This document shows positions 9,745 to 23,692 of a stretch of DNA of 64,000 bases, one piece after another (position 1 is the stretch's first letter; each line of letters starts with the position of its first letter). The notes beneath the pieces were generated by a model that searched no databases, had not been told where the DNA came from, and saw nothing but the letters and a program-made list of their open reading frames with translations. Origin of the DNA: an uncultured Actinomycetota bacterium. Its GTDB lineage: Bacteria; Actinomycetota; Actinomycetes; Mycobacteriales; Mycobacteriaceae. Made by a program: the position numbers and the translations under genes. The stretch is taken from NCBI GenBank assembly GCA_963712615.1, contig CAVQIO010000005.1, positions 924-64,923 on the forward strand, in the 5' to 3' direction.

Positions 9745-9917
9745 GGTTTCTGACGTTACCGGGTGGCGGTAGCTGGTGCCCTCGACGCACCGAGATTGGA
9801 TGCCGGTAGGTGAATCCTTCGAGAGCGAAGGGGTTGCGCCTACCCGCCCGAGGCGCCGGTACGGCACGATAGAGAGACGAACATGCATGCAGGTAACCGC
9901 CAACAGCAGGAGCGCAA

Positions 9918-12707
<2,790 letters not shown>

Positions 12708-12716
12708 CCGCAACCG

Positions 12717-12781
12717 CCGAGTGTGCGGCCAGCTTCACGTTGGGCTTCGAGTGTGCGGCCAGCTTCACGCTCGGCGCCGAG
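12717..12781. repeat. 30-bp tandem repeat, ~2.2 copies
   Basis: cgagtgtgcggccagcttcacg occurs at 12718-12739 and 12748-12769 (period 30), followed by a partial third unit cgagcattg. Confidence 0.9.
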
Positions 12782-12852
12782 CATTGAGACACCCCTAAGG
12801 CCCAGGACCTGCTTTGGCGGAAAGTTCTAGAATTCAGGCGTAGATTTTAGGG

Positions 12853-14175
12853 GTGAGTGACAACCCCTTCGCTGGCCCATTCGCCAAGCCGAGGTCGCCG
12901 CTGGGGCTGCTGGACTCGGTCCCGGAGACGCTGCTGCGCCGGTTGAAGCAACATTCCGGCCGGCTGGCAACCGAGGCCGTCTCTGCCATGCAAGAACGGT
13001 TGCCCTTCTTCGCCGACCTGGAGGCCTCCCAGCGGGCCAGCGTCTCGCTGGTGGTGCAGACCGCGGTGGTGAACTTCGTCGAGTGGATGAATGACCCCCA
13101 TAGCAACGTCAGCTACACCGCGCAGGCATTCGAGCTGGTCCCCCAGGAGCTGACCCGACGCATTCCCCTGCGCCACAGCGTCGAGATGGTGCGCGTCGCG
13201 ATGGAGTTCTTCGAGGAGGTCGTGCCGCTGGTGGCCCGCTCCGAAGAACAGCTGACCGCCCTGACGGTGGGCATTTTGAAGTACAGCCGCGACCTCGCGT
13301 TCACCCTGGCCTCGGCCCACGCCGAGGCGGCCGAAGCCCGCGGCACCTGGGACAGCCGGATGGAGGCCAGCGTCGTGGACGCCGTGGTGCGCGGCGACAC
13401 CGGCCCCGAGCTGTTGTCCCGCGCTGCCGCGCTGAATTGGGACACCACCGCGCCGGCGACGGTCATGGTCGGAGCCCCGGCCCCAGACCGCGGCAACACC
13501 AATGGCGAGGGCGCCAGCGAGCGGGCCAGCCAAATCGTCCGCGACACCGCCACTCGTCACGGGCGCGCGGCGCTCACCGACGTGCACGGCACCTGGTTGG
13601 TGGCAATCGTGTCGGGACAGTTGTCGCCGACCGACAAATTTCTGGGCGACCTGCTGAGGGCGTTTTCCGAGGGCCCGGTGGTCATCGGGCCCACCGCGCC
13701 GATGCTGACCGCGGCCTATCACAGCGCCAGCGAGGCGATATCCGGGATGAACGCCGTGGCCGGCTGGGCCGGAGCGCCGCGGCCCGTGCTGGCACGAGAG
13801 CTGTTACCGGAACGCGCCCTGATGGGAGATGCGTCGGCCATCGTGGCGCTGCACACCGACGTGATGGGGCCGCTGGCCGACGCCGGGCCCACGCTCATTG
13901 AAACTCTTGATGCTTACTTAGATTGTGGCGGCGCGATTGAGGCCTGCGCCCGCAAGTTGTTCGTTCATCCAAACACCGTGCGATATCGCCTCAAGCGCAT
14001 CACCGACTTCACCGGGCGTGATCCCACCCAACCCCGCGACGCCTACGTGTTGCGAGTGGCCGCGACGGTCGGCCAACTCAACTACCCCACCCACCCCTCT
14101 GGTGTTGGTAACAGCGCGATAACGGCGGTTCCACTGCCGGTCAGAGGGGGTTCCGCGGCGTCATCTGTGCGATAG
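12853..14175 (+). CDS. mabR: PucR-family transcriptional regulator of the FAS-II operon (Rv2242/MabR orthologue)
   Basis: 440 aa with C-terminal HTH FVHPNTVRYRLKRITDFTG. Sits between aceE and fabD, as in Mtb. Confidence 0.85.
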   Translation: MSDNPFAGPFAKPRSPLGLLDSVPETLLRRLKQHSGRLATEAVSAMQERLPFFADLEASQRASVSLVVQTAVVNFVEWMNDPHSNVSYTAQAFELVPQELTRRIPLRHSVEMVRVAMEFFEEVVPLVARSEEQLTALTVGILKYSRDLAFTLASAHAEAAEARGTWDSRMEASVVDAVVRGDTGPELLSRAAALNWDTTAPATVMVGAPAPDRGNTNGEGASERASQIVRDTATRHGRAALTDVHGTWLVAIVSGQLSPTDKFLGDLLRAFSEGPVVIGPTAPMLTAAYHSASEAISGMNAVAGWAGAPRPVLARELLPERALMGDASAIVALHTDVMGPLADAGPTLIETLDAYLDCGGAIEACARKLFVHPNTVRYRLKRITDFTGRDPTQPRDAYVLRVAATVGQLNYPTHPSGVGNSAITAVPLPVRGGSAASSVR

Positions 14176-14218
14176 TGATCCAAGCAACAGATCGCGGCCC
14201 GGTATCAAATACGTAGCT

Positions 14219-14299
14219 TGTGGAGCGGTTTTGTGGACTACCTACAAAAACCTAAGACGAGGTTCATAATCTGTTACACCCGCCAAAACCGTTTCCACA
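14219..14299 (+). promoter_or_regulatory. fabD (FAS-II operon) promoter/operator region with nested inverted repeats
   Basis: TTTTGT-N9-ACAAAA at 14229-14249. Outer arms tgtggagcggttttg (14219-14233) and caaaaccgtttccaca (14284-14299). A cataat -10-like hexamer lies at 14265-14270. Confidence 0.6.
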
Positions 14300-14315
14300 G
14301 TGTTCTCTTAGACAT

Positions 14316-15224
14316 GTGATTGCATTACTCGCGCCCGGACAGGGTTCACAGACCGAGGGGATGCTCTCGCCGTGGCTGGAGTTGCCCGGCGCGAGCGAGC
14401 AGCTGACCCTGTGGGCGAAGGCCAGCGGCCTGGACCTGGTGCGCCTGGGCACCACCGCGTCGACCGAAGAGATCACCGACACGGCGGTCACCCAGCCCCT
14501 GGTCGTCGCCGCCACCCTGCTCGCGCATCAGGAGCTGACCAAGCGCGGCGTGCTCGCCGGCGAAGACTTCATCGTGGCCGGCCACTCGGTCGGCGAGATC
14601 GCCGCCTACGCGATCGCCGGTGTGATGGGCGCCGATGACGCCGTCGCGCTGGCCGCCACCCGTGGCGCCGAGATGGCCAAGGCGTGCGCCGCCGAGCCGA
14701 CCGGCATGTCCGCGGTGCTGGGCGGAGACGAGACCGAAGTCCTGGCCCGCCTCGAGCAGCTCGACCTGATCCCCGCCAACCGCAATGCCGCCGGGCAGAT
14801 TGTCGCCGCCGGCGCGCTGACCGCGCTGGAAAAGCTCGCCGAAGACCCGCCCGCCAAGGCCCGGGTGCGCGCTCTCGGTGTGGCCGGAGCGTTCCACACG
14901 AGGTACATGGCGTCCGCCCTGGACGGCTATGCCGCCTCCGCCGCCGCGATCGCGACCGCCGAGCCCACTGCCACGCTGCTGTCCAACCGCGACGGAAAGC
15001 CGGTCACCACGGCGGCTGTGGCGATGGAAGCGCTGGTCGCTCAGCTGACCCAGCCGGTGCGCTGGGACCTGTGCACCGCGACGCTGGCCGAGCACGATGT
15101 CAAAGCGATTGTGGAGTTCCCCCCCGCGGGCACCCTCGCCGGCATCGCCAAACGCGAGCTTCGGGGGGTGCCGGTACGTGCCGTCAAGACGCCCGCAGAC
15201 CTGGACGCGCTAGCTGACATCTAA
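14316..15224 (+). CDS. fabD: Malonyl-CoA:ACP transacylase
   Basis: MIALLAPGQGSQTEGM...GHSVGEIAAYAIAG, collinear with Mtb FabD. Confidence 0.95.
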   Translation: MIALLAPGQGSQTEGMLSPWLELPGASEQLTLWAKASGLDLVRLGTTASTEEITDTAVTQPLVVAATLLAHQELTKRGVLAGEDFIVAGHSVGEIAAYAIAGVMGADDAVALAATRGAEMAKACAAEPTGMSAVLGGDETEVLARLEQLDLIPANRNAAGQIVAAGALTALEKLAEDPPAKARVRALGVAGAFHTRYMASALDGYAASAAAIATAEPTATLLSNRDGKPVTTAAVAMEALVAQLTQPVRWDLCTATLAEHDVKAIVEFPPAGTLAGIAKRELRGVPVRAVKTPADLDALADI

Positions 15225-15305
15225 CGCCGGTTAGCGGCCAGTACAACCGCATAAGAGCACATCAATCCGATTTGCACACAACACATTACGAAGGGAACAA
15301 AGGCT

Positions 15306-15649
15306 GTGTCTGTTAGTCAAGAAGAAATCATTGCCGGTATTGCTGAGATCATCGAAGAGGTCACCGGTATCGAGCCTTCCGAGGTCACCCCGGAGAAGTC
15401 GTTCGTCGACGACCTGGACATCGACTCGCTGTCGATGGTCGAGATCGCCGTGCAGACCGAGGACAAGTACGGCGTGAAGATCCCCGACGAGGACCTCGCC
15501 GGTCTTCGTACCGTCGGCGACGTCGTCTCCTACATCCAGAAGCTCGAGGAAGAAGACCCCGAGGCGGCCGCCGCGCTGCGCGCCAAGCTGGAGACCGAGA
15601 ACCCTGACGCTGTTGCCAACGTCAAGGCGAGGCTGGAAGCGGACAGCAA

Positions 15650-15653
<4 letters not shown>
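15306..15653 (+). CDS. acpM: Meromycolate-extension acyl carrier protein
   Basis: 115 aa with the [12 protein letters not shown] phosphopantetheine site and the long C-terminal extension typical of AcpM. Confidence 0.95.
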
Positions 15654-16900
<1,247 letters not shown>

Positions 16901-16926
16901 GCACGAGAGGAACGTCCGTCAGTCCC

Positions 16927-18180
16927 ATGACAGAACTGGTTACCGGGAAAGCCTTCCCCAACGTCGTCGTCACCGGCGTTGCCATGACGACTGCCCTGGC
17001 ACCCGACGTGGAAAACACCTGGAAGTTGTTGCTAGACGGCCAGAGTGGGATCCGCACCCTCACCGATCCGTTCGTTGAGCAGTACAACCTGCCGGTTCAC
17101 ATTGGCGGCCATCTCGTGGAGGAGTTCGACAGTCAGCTCACTCGTGTTGAGCTGCGTCGCACCAGCTACCTGCAGAGAATGTCCACCATCTTGGGCCGCC
17201 GCGTGTGGGAGAACGCGGGTTCACCCGAAGTCGACACCAACCGGTTGGCGGTGTCGATCGGCACCGGCCTCGGCTCGTCCGAGGAACTGGTCTTCAGCTA
17301 CGACGACATGCGCACCCGCGGCATGAAGGCGGTCTCCCCATTGGGCGTGCAGAAGTACATGCCTAACGGTGCGGCCGCGGCGGTCGGCCTGGAACGGCAC
17401 GCCAAAGCCGGTGTGATGACCCCGATTTCGGCGTGCGCGTCCGGTTGCGAGGGCATCGCCCGGGCTTGGCAGCAGATCGTGCTGGGTGAGGCCGACATGG
17501 CGATCTGCGGCGGCGTCGAGACTAAAATCGAGGCGGTCCCGATCGCGGCCTTCGCCGCGATGCGCATCGTGATGTCGACCAACAACGACAACCCCGCCGG
17601 TGCCTGTCGCCCGTTCGACAGAGACCGCGACGGTTTCGTGTTCGGCGAGGCCGGCGCGCTCATGGTCATCGAGACCGAAGAGCACGCGAAAGCGCGGGGC
17701 GCCAACATCCTGGCCCGCATCATGGGAGCCAGCGTGACCTCGGACGGATTCCACATGGTGGCACCGGACCCCAACGGGGAACGTGCCGGGCATGCGATGA
17801 CGCGTGCGATCCAGCTCGCGGGCATCACCCCTGCCGAAATCGACCACATCAACGCCCACGCCACTGGCACCCAGGTCGGCGACCTCGCCGAAAGTAAGGC
17901 CATCAAACGGGCTTTGGGCAACAACCACCCCGCGGTCTACGCGCCAAAGGCGGCGCTCGGCCACTCGGTGGGTGCGGTGGGTGCGTTGGAGTCGATCTTG
18001 ACGGTCCTCGCGTTGCGGGAGCAGGTCATCCCGCCGACACTGAATTTGGAAAACATCGATCCAGAAATCGATTTAGATGTGGTAGCAGGTAAGCCACGAT
18101 CCGGTAACTACCAGTACGCGATCAACAACTCGTTCGGATTCGGCGGTCACAATGTGGCGATCACCTTTGGACGGTATTAG
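16927..18180 (+). CDS. kasB: Beta-ketoacyl-ACP synthase KasB
   Basis: 417 aa paralogue of KasA ([30 protein letters not shown]) in the canonical operon position. Confidence 0.95.
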   Translation: MTELVTGKAFPNVVVTGVAMTTALAPDVENTWKLLLDGQSGIRTLTDPFVEQYNLPVHIGGHLVEEFDSQLTRVELRRTSYLQRMSTILGRRVWENAGSPEVDTNRLAVSIGTGLGSSEELVFSYDDMRTRGMKAVSPLGVQKYMPNGAAAAVGLERHAKAGVMTPISACASGCEGIARAWQQIVLGEADMAICGGVETKIEAVPIAAFAAMRIVMSTNNDNPAGACRPFDRDRDGFVFGEAGALMVIETEEHAKARGANILARIMGASVTSDGFHMVAPDPNGERAGHAMTRAIQLAGITPAEIDHINAHATGTQVGDLAESKAIKRALGNNHPAVYAPKAALGHSVGAVGALESILTVLALREQVIPPTLNLENIDPEIDLDVVAGKPRSGNYQYAINNSFGFGGHNVAITFGRY

Positions 18181-18228
18181 AACCCAGCGGCATTGATCCC
18201 GAGCTTCACCTGAAACAGGAGATCTGCG

Positions 18229-19650
18229 ATGACACTCATGGCCCCCGACGCGGTCGGCGAGTCGCTCGACCCGCGCGACCCGCTGCTGCGGCTGAGCAAT
18301 TTCTTCGACGACGGCAGCATCGTGCTGTTGCACGAGCGTGACCGCTCGGGTGTGCTTGCCGCGGCGGGCACCGTGAACGGTCTGCGCACCATCGCGTTCT
18401 GCACGGACGGAACCGTGATGGGTGGCGCGATGGGCATCGACGGCTGCACGCACATCGTCAACGCCTACGACACCGCCATCGAGGAACAGAGCCCGATCGT
18501 CGGCATCTGGCACTCCGGTGGTGCCCGGCTGGCCGAAGGCGTCAAGGGACTGCACGCGGTGGGCTTGGTGTTCGAGGCCATGATCCGAGCGTCCGGCTAC
18601 ATTCCGCAGATTTCGGTGGTCGTCGGCTTCGCCGCCGGCGGTGCCGCCTACGGGCCGGCGCTGACCGACGTCATCGTGATGGCGCCGGAAAGCCGGGTGT
18701 TCGTCACCGGGCCGGACGTGGTGCGCAGTGTCACCGGCGAGGACGTGGACATGTGCTCGCTCGGTGGGCCGGAAACCCACCACAAGAAGTCCGGCGTGTG
18801 CCACATCGTCGCCGACGACGAGCTCGATGCCTACGAGCGCGGCCGCCGACTGGTCGGATTGTTCTGCCAGCAAGGGCATTTCGACCGCAACAAGGCCGAG
18901 GCCGGAGACACTGACATCCACGCGCTGCTGCCCGAATCGGCGCGGCGCGCCTACGACGTGCACCCGATCGTGACCGCGATCCTCGACGACGACGCACCGT
19001 TTGACGAGTTCCAGGGCCACTGGGCGCCGTCGATGGTGGTCGGGCTGGGCCGGCTGTCCGGCCGCACGGTCGGCGTGCTGGCCAACAACCCGCTGCGGCT
19101 GGGCGGCTGCCTGAACTCCGAAAGCGCGGAGAAGGCAGCACGTTTCGTGCGGATGTGCGACTCATTCGGGATTCCGCTGGTTGTGGTTGTCGACGTTCCC
19201 GGCTACCTCCCGGGTGTCGACCAGGAATGGGGTGGCGTGGTGCGCCGCGGCGCCAAACTGCTACACGCCTTCGGCGAGGCCACCGTTCCGCGCGTCACGC
19301 TGGTCACCCGAAAGACCTACGGCGGGGCCTACATCGCGATGAACTCCCGTTCATTGAACGCCACCAAGGTGTTCGCCTGGCCGGACGCCGAGGTCGCGGT
19401 CATGGGCGCCAAAGCCGCGGTCGGCATCCTGCACAAGCGCAAGCTGGCCGCCGCGCCGGACGACGAGCGCGAAGCGCTGCACGAAGAGTTAGCCGCCGAA
19501 CACGAGCGGATCGCCGGCGGCGTGGACAGCGCCATCGAGATCGGCGTGGTCGACGAGAAGATCGACCCGGCGCACACCCGCAGCAGGCTCACACAGGCGC
19601 TGGCCCAGGCACCGGCACGTCGCGGGCGCCACAAGAACATTCCGCTGTAA
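18229..19650 (+). CDS. accD6: Acyl-CoA carboxylase carboxyltransferase beta subunit
   Basis: 473 aa carboxyltransferase; last gene of the FAS-II operon, as in Mtb Rv2247. Confidence 0.9.
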   Translation: MTLMAPDAVGESLDPRDPLLRLSNFFDDGSIVLLHERDRSGVLAAAGTVNGLRTIAFCTDGTVMGGAMGIDGCTHIVNAYDTAIEEQSPIVGIWHSGGARLAEGVKGLHAVGLVFEAMIRASGYIPQISVVVGFAAGGAAYGPALTDVIVMAPESRVFVTGPDVVRSVTGEDVDMCSLGGPETHHKKSGVCHIVADDELDAYERGRRLVGLFCQQGHFDRNKAEAGDTDIHALLPESARRAYDVHPIVTAILDDDAPFDEFQGHWAPSMVVGLGRLSGRTVGVLANNPLRLGGCLNSESAEKAARFVRMCDSFGIPLVVVVDVPGYLPGVDQEWGGVVRRGAKLLHAFGEATVPRVTLVTRKTYGGAYIAMNSRSLNATKVFAWPDAEVAVMGAKAAVGILHKRKLAAAPDDEREALHEELAAEHERIAGGVDSAIEIGVVDEKIDPAHTRSRLTQALAQAPARRGRHKNIPL

Positions 19651-19724
19651 ACCGGCCTCCGGCCCGCTTCTCCCCCACGAACCTAACCAGGCTGCGAATT
19701 TTCGTGCGGAATTCCGCAGTACGG

Positions 19725-21097
19725 TTAGGCTCGCGAGCCGCTCGCTAATTCGCGAGCCTCCTCCTCGGTCTCGACCGCGGGACCGGACCCGGGCAACGGC
19801 TTGCCGGCGACCTCCGGCATGAACAGCAAGGTGATCACCCCGACCAGGCCCGCGACCATCAGCATGTAGGCCGGCACCATGTCATTGCCGGTACCCACCA
19901 CCAGCGCTTGAGCGATCAACGGCGTGACACCGCCGACGGTGGATATCGACAGGTTGTAGGAAATGGCCAGCGCCCGTAGCGCACCCTGGTGGGAAACAGT
20001 GCCGGCAACGCCGAGGGCGTCGTGCTGTCGAAGCAGAGTTCCATCAGCCCGATCAGCAGCACACCCAGGAAGATCACCGGATAGCCGCCGCCGAGGCGCA
20101 TCAGCAGAAACGCCGGGATTGAAGCCACGATCAGCAGGACGCAACCCGTCCGCATGATCGGTTTTACGCCGATGCGGTCAGACAGCTTCGCGACGAACAC
20201 GATCGTGGCCATCAGGATGGCCAGGGTGACCACGATCAGCACCACTGCCGGCGTTTCCCCAAGGTGCACAACCGTTTTCAAGTATGTCGGCAGGTAGCCG
20301 GTGACCATGAAGTCGGCGACTTGTGAGGTCAACACCAGGGCGGCGCAGATCAGCATCGGCCGCCACTGCTCCACGACGGTGTGCCGGAATTGGTGACGGC
20401 CGTCCTCTTTGGCGGCATCCGCGCTCTGACTCATGTGCGTGAACGCCGATGACTCCTCGAGTCGCAGTCGCATGTACAACGCGATCAGACCCATGGGCGC
20501 CGCCAGCAGCAACGGGACCCGCCAGCCCCAGGCCAACCAGTCGTGACGCGGCAGCCACGCCTGCAGCCCGGTCACCAGGAAGCCGGCGACCACAAAGCCG
20601 ATCAAGTTGCCCAACGGCAGAAACCCGACCAGCATGCCGCGCTTACGGTCCGGAGACTGCTCCACCAGGTAGGTCATCGCACCGACGAATTCGCCGCCGG
20701 TCGACAACCCCTGGAAGACTCTGGCGACGACGAGCAGGACCGGCGCCCAGATGCCGATGGCGCTGTAACCGGGCAGCAGGCCGCTCGTCGTCGTCCCGGC
20801 GGTCATCCTCAGGATCGTGATCACCAGCACCCGCTTGCGGCCGATCCGGTCACCGAGCGGCCCGAAGATCACGCCGCCCAGCGGACGCACCACAAACGCC
20901 GCCGCCAGGGTGCCGAAGGTGGCGATCAGGTGCACAGCACTCGCGCTGTTCCCGGGATAGAACACCTGCGCGATGGTGGTGGCGATGTAGCCGTAGACCC
21001 CGAAGTCGTACCACTCCATGACATTGCCGATCGCGGTGCCCGTGATCGCTTGGGACATCACGCTCGGATCGGTGACCGTGATCTCTTCACGCGCCAC
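19725..21097 (-). pseudogene. MFS (MHS/ProP-like) metabolite:H+ symporter with one frameshift
   Basis: Two ORFs (19916-21097 and 19725-20144) join as ...ALFPTRVRYG|ALAISYNLSISTVGGVTPL. The shift maps to a G-run (coding strand) at 19972-19974. Confidence 0.75.
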
Positions 21098-21244
21098 TTC
21101 TGCCGAGCGACTTCAGTGCCCATCGACACCCTGTTACCCGAACTTCGTCGGGTCGAACCGGGGAACGCGGGTTAGCCCACGCCCGGGCGCTCGCAGCTGG
21201 CGGCGATGACGTAGGGCACCGGGGCGCGGTAGCGGGCCACGCCT

Positions 21245-21323
21245 CACACCCGCAGCAACCTCACCCAGGCGCTGGCGCAGGCACCGCACGTCGCGGACGC
21301 CACAAGAACATCTCGCTGTAAAC
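21245..21323 (+). pseudogene. Relic copy of the last ~80 nt of accD6, including its stop codon
   Basis: Aligns with 19573-19652 with 8 differences (one 1-nt gap): cacacccgcagca...caggcgctggc...gccacaagaacat..cgctgtaaac. Confidence 0.85.
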
Positions 21324-21479
21324 ACCACACCTTCTCGGGACCTAGCGGCAGAGGATCGTCGACACTGCTTGTCGTAGAGCGCTTTCCGGATTATCGGGAA
21401 GCATCTCGGCACGCCAGCCGACGAAATCGTCGGGACGGACGAGCAGCGCACCGCTTGGCCCGAGTCGAGTAATCTCCGC

Positions 21480-22889
21480 CTACTGTTCGCTGTCGACGCG
21501 GTGCGCACTGACAGACGCCGAAGCCGCTGCGGCACACCATCGTTCGTCACCGCTCAGCAACGTAAACCCGGGACCCAGCAGGTCCAGTGTCGAGACTCGA
21601 TCCGCTACCCACGCATGCGGAACACGCGTTCCCGGTTGGCCGCGCAACTCCATCACCAGCTCGCTCTCGTCGGCCGAGCCGTCCAGAACCGCGGCCGAGT
21701 GGTAACGGTAGCCGACGAGCAACGCAAACATCGAGCACTCCTCGTCGGGCGGCAAGCGCGGGCGATCCTCGTCCAGCCGGAGCAACGGAATCGTCGGGCC
21801 CGTTAGCGATTGACGGGCGGCGAAGCGCCCGACCGGATGCCGCTCGGCGTGAAAGGTGTCAAGCAACGCCGAGCCCGCCGAGCCCTGCAGGACGGCGGCC
21901 AACTTCCAGGCCAGGTTGTGCGCGCTTTGGATCGCGGTGTTGGCTCCCCCGGCCTTGAACGGCGGCATGGTGTGCGCCGAATCGCCGACGAGAAATGCTC
22001 GCCCGCATTGGAATTGGTCGGCTACCTGTTCATACGGTTGCCAAGCCACGGCCTCGATGATGTCGAGCTCGATGCGCTCGCCGATCGCCTTGGTCAGGAT
22101 CTCGCAGCAGCGCTGTGGCGTGAACTCTGCTGCAGACTCGCCCTCGCCGGGCAAGTAGGTGGCGATGAACATGCCGAGGTCGCCGTCGGCCGGAATGAAA
22201 ATACCTTGCGCGTCGGCATTATTGACTTGCACGCCATCGCCTTCGCCCAAGTCGGCGACGAACTTGCGCCAGGGTCCTCGAAAGTAGATGAAGACAACGA
22301 AGATGGGCAGCGCACCGTAGCCGGAGGTAGTGATCCCCAGCGCGTTACGAATCGGACTGTGCACGCCGTCGGCGCCGACGAGATAGTCCGCCCGCACTGT
22401 CTGCGACTCACCGGAGTCCCGATCGCGCACGACGGCCGTCACGCCGGATCCGTCGGAATCGAACGAGCAGAGTTCGGTTCCGTAGCGCACTTCGCCGCCA
22501 CGGCGTCGGGTCTCGGCGACCAGCATCGGTTCGGACCTACTCTGCGGGCAATACTGGATGGTCGGCTCGGGGCTGAACTCGCCCAGGCCGGCGAAGATCC
22601 TATCCAGGTCGATAGCCGGTTTTTCTTGTGTGCTGTTCAGCGTCGACCGGGCCACCACAGTCGATTCGCGCTGGCTGATCGCGTGGATCTCATCGCTCAG
22701 GCCAAGGCCGCGCAGGATCTCCAGGCTGCGGAAGCTGAGATTCCGCGCTTTCGGATACAGGAAGACCTCGCGCCGCTTCTCCACCAGCAATGAGCGAACC
22801 CCATGCTTGCCAAGCAGCGCGGAGGTCGCCAGTCCGGCGGCACCGGCGCCGACGATCAGCACGGGGACGTGCGGGATGTTGACGCTCAT
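21480..22889 (-). CDS. FAD-dependent aromatic-ring monooxygenase (PheA/TfdB-like)
   Basis: 469 aa. N-terminal GxGxxG (VLIVGAGAAGLATS), a DG motif and a GD motif (FLVGDSAHTMPPFKAGG). Confidence 0.8.
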   Translation of the reverse strand: MSVNIPHVPVLIVGAGAAGLATSALLGKHGVRSLLVEKRREVFLYPKARNLSFRSLEILRGLGLSDEIHAISQRESTVVARSTLNSTQEKPAIDLDRIFAGLGEFSPEPTIQYCPQSRSEPMLVAETRRRGGEVRYGTELCSFDSDGSGVTAVVRDRDSGESQTVRADYLVGADGVHSPIRNALGITTSGYGALPIFVVFIYFRGPWRKFVADLGEGDGVQVNNADAQGIFIPADGDLGMFIATYLPGEGESAAEFTPQRCCEILTKAIGERIELDIIEAVAWQPYEQVADQFQCGRAFLVGDSAHTMPPFKAGGANTAIQSAHNLAWKLAAVLQGSAGSALLDTFHAERHPVGRFAARQSLTGPTIPLLRLDEDRPRLPPDEECSMFALLVGYRYHSAAVLDGSADESELVMELRGQPGTRVPHAWVADRVSTLDLLGPGFTLLSGDERWCAAAASASVSAHRVDSEQ

Positions 22890-22984
22890 GCTCGCTCCTC
22901 AATCCGAAACGAGTCAGTTCCGTTCTATCTCAGGCTGGCATTCACTTCAGTGGTATGCAAGCGCCCGTCCTGAAGGCCCGCGCG

Positions 22985-23611
22985 CTAGTAGGCCGTGAGC
23001 GGCAGCAGGACCTGTTCTAGCGCGCGTCGCACGTAGACGCGATCGATCGGTCGCCCCGTCATCAGGCGCAGCACGTTGAGCCCCAAGAGGGCATCGGGTA
23101 TCAGTGACGTGTCCCGGCCGGCCGGAATCTCGCCCCGGGCCACCGCCTGGTCGACGACCGCGTTGACCACCTGACGGGGGATCGACAACACCAGGTCGTC
23201 CAACGCGGCGGCGAGCACGGGATGATGCACCGCCGCCGTAGCCACGCCGAGAATCACCTTGATCGTGCTCAGCGCGGCTTCATCCAGCTCTGGCACAGCC
23301 GCCACCAGGGCGCTGATGTCGCCGCTGATGCTTCCCGTATTCGGCGGCTCCACGGGTCCAAGTCCTCGTCGCCAATGGGCGATTGCCTCGGCGACCACCG
23401 CAGCCTTTGACGGCCAGCGTCGGTAGATCGCCGCCTTCCCGACGCTCGCGCGGGACGCGACGTCGTCCATGCTCATCCGGTCGTAGCCCCGTTCACCCAC
23501 CGCCTCCAGCGCGGCCTGGAGGATGGCGGCGTCAAGCGACGGATCGAAGCGTCCGGGATTTCTACCCAATGACCGGCGCGCTGGACGCGCCGCTCGGTCA
23601 CCCTCAACCAC
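22985..23611 (-). CDS. TetR-family transcriptional regulator
   Basis: HTH region MSMDDVASRASVGKAAIYRRWPSK; lies upstream of the monooxygenase on the same strand. Confidence 0.8.
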   Translation of the reverse strand: MVEGDRAARPARRSLGRNPGRFDPSLDAAILQAALEAVGERGYDRMSMDDVASRASVGKAAIYRRWPSKAAVVAEAIAHWRRGLGPVEPPNTGSISGDISALVAAVPELDEAALSTIKVILGVATAAVHHPVLAAALDDLVLSIPRQVVNAVVDQAVARGEIPAGRDTSLIPDALLGLNVLRLMTGRPIDRVYVRRALEQVLLPLTAY

Positions 23612-23692
23612 GGCAAATTTCCTTCGTTAAGGCGAGACGCATTGGTTCCGATTAATCTACTCGGATCGCAAACCACGCCGCAACGACGCGGA

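Noticed and set aside
12717-12781. Possible CRISPR array (also considered for 32194-32259)
   Set aside because: There are only two adjacent repeat units, with no spacers and no cas genes anywhere in the window. These are plain tandem duplications.
21330-21480. Protein-like frame RIIGKHLGTPADEIVGTDEQRTAWPES downstream of the accD6 ghost
   Set aside because: It has no start codon, is short, and I recognise no family. It may be another relic, but I cannot support it.
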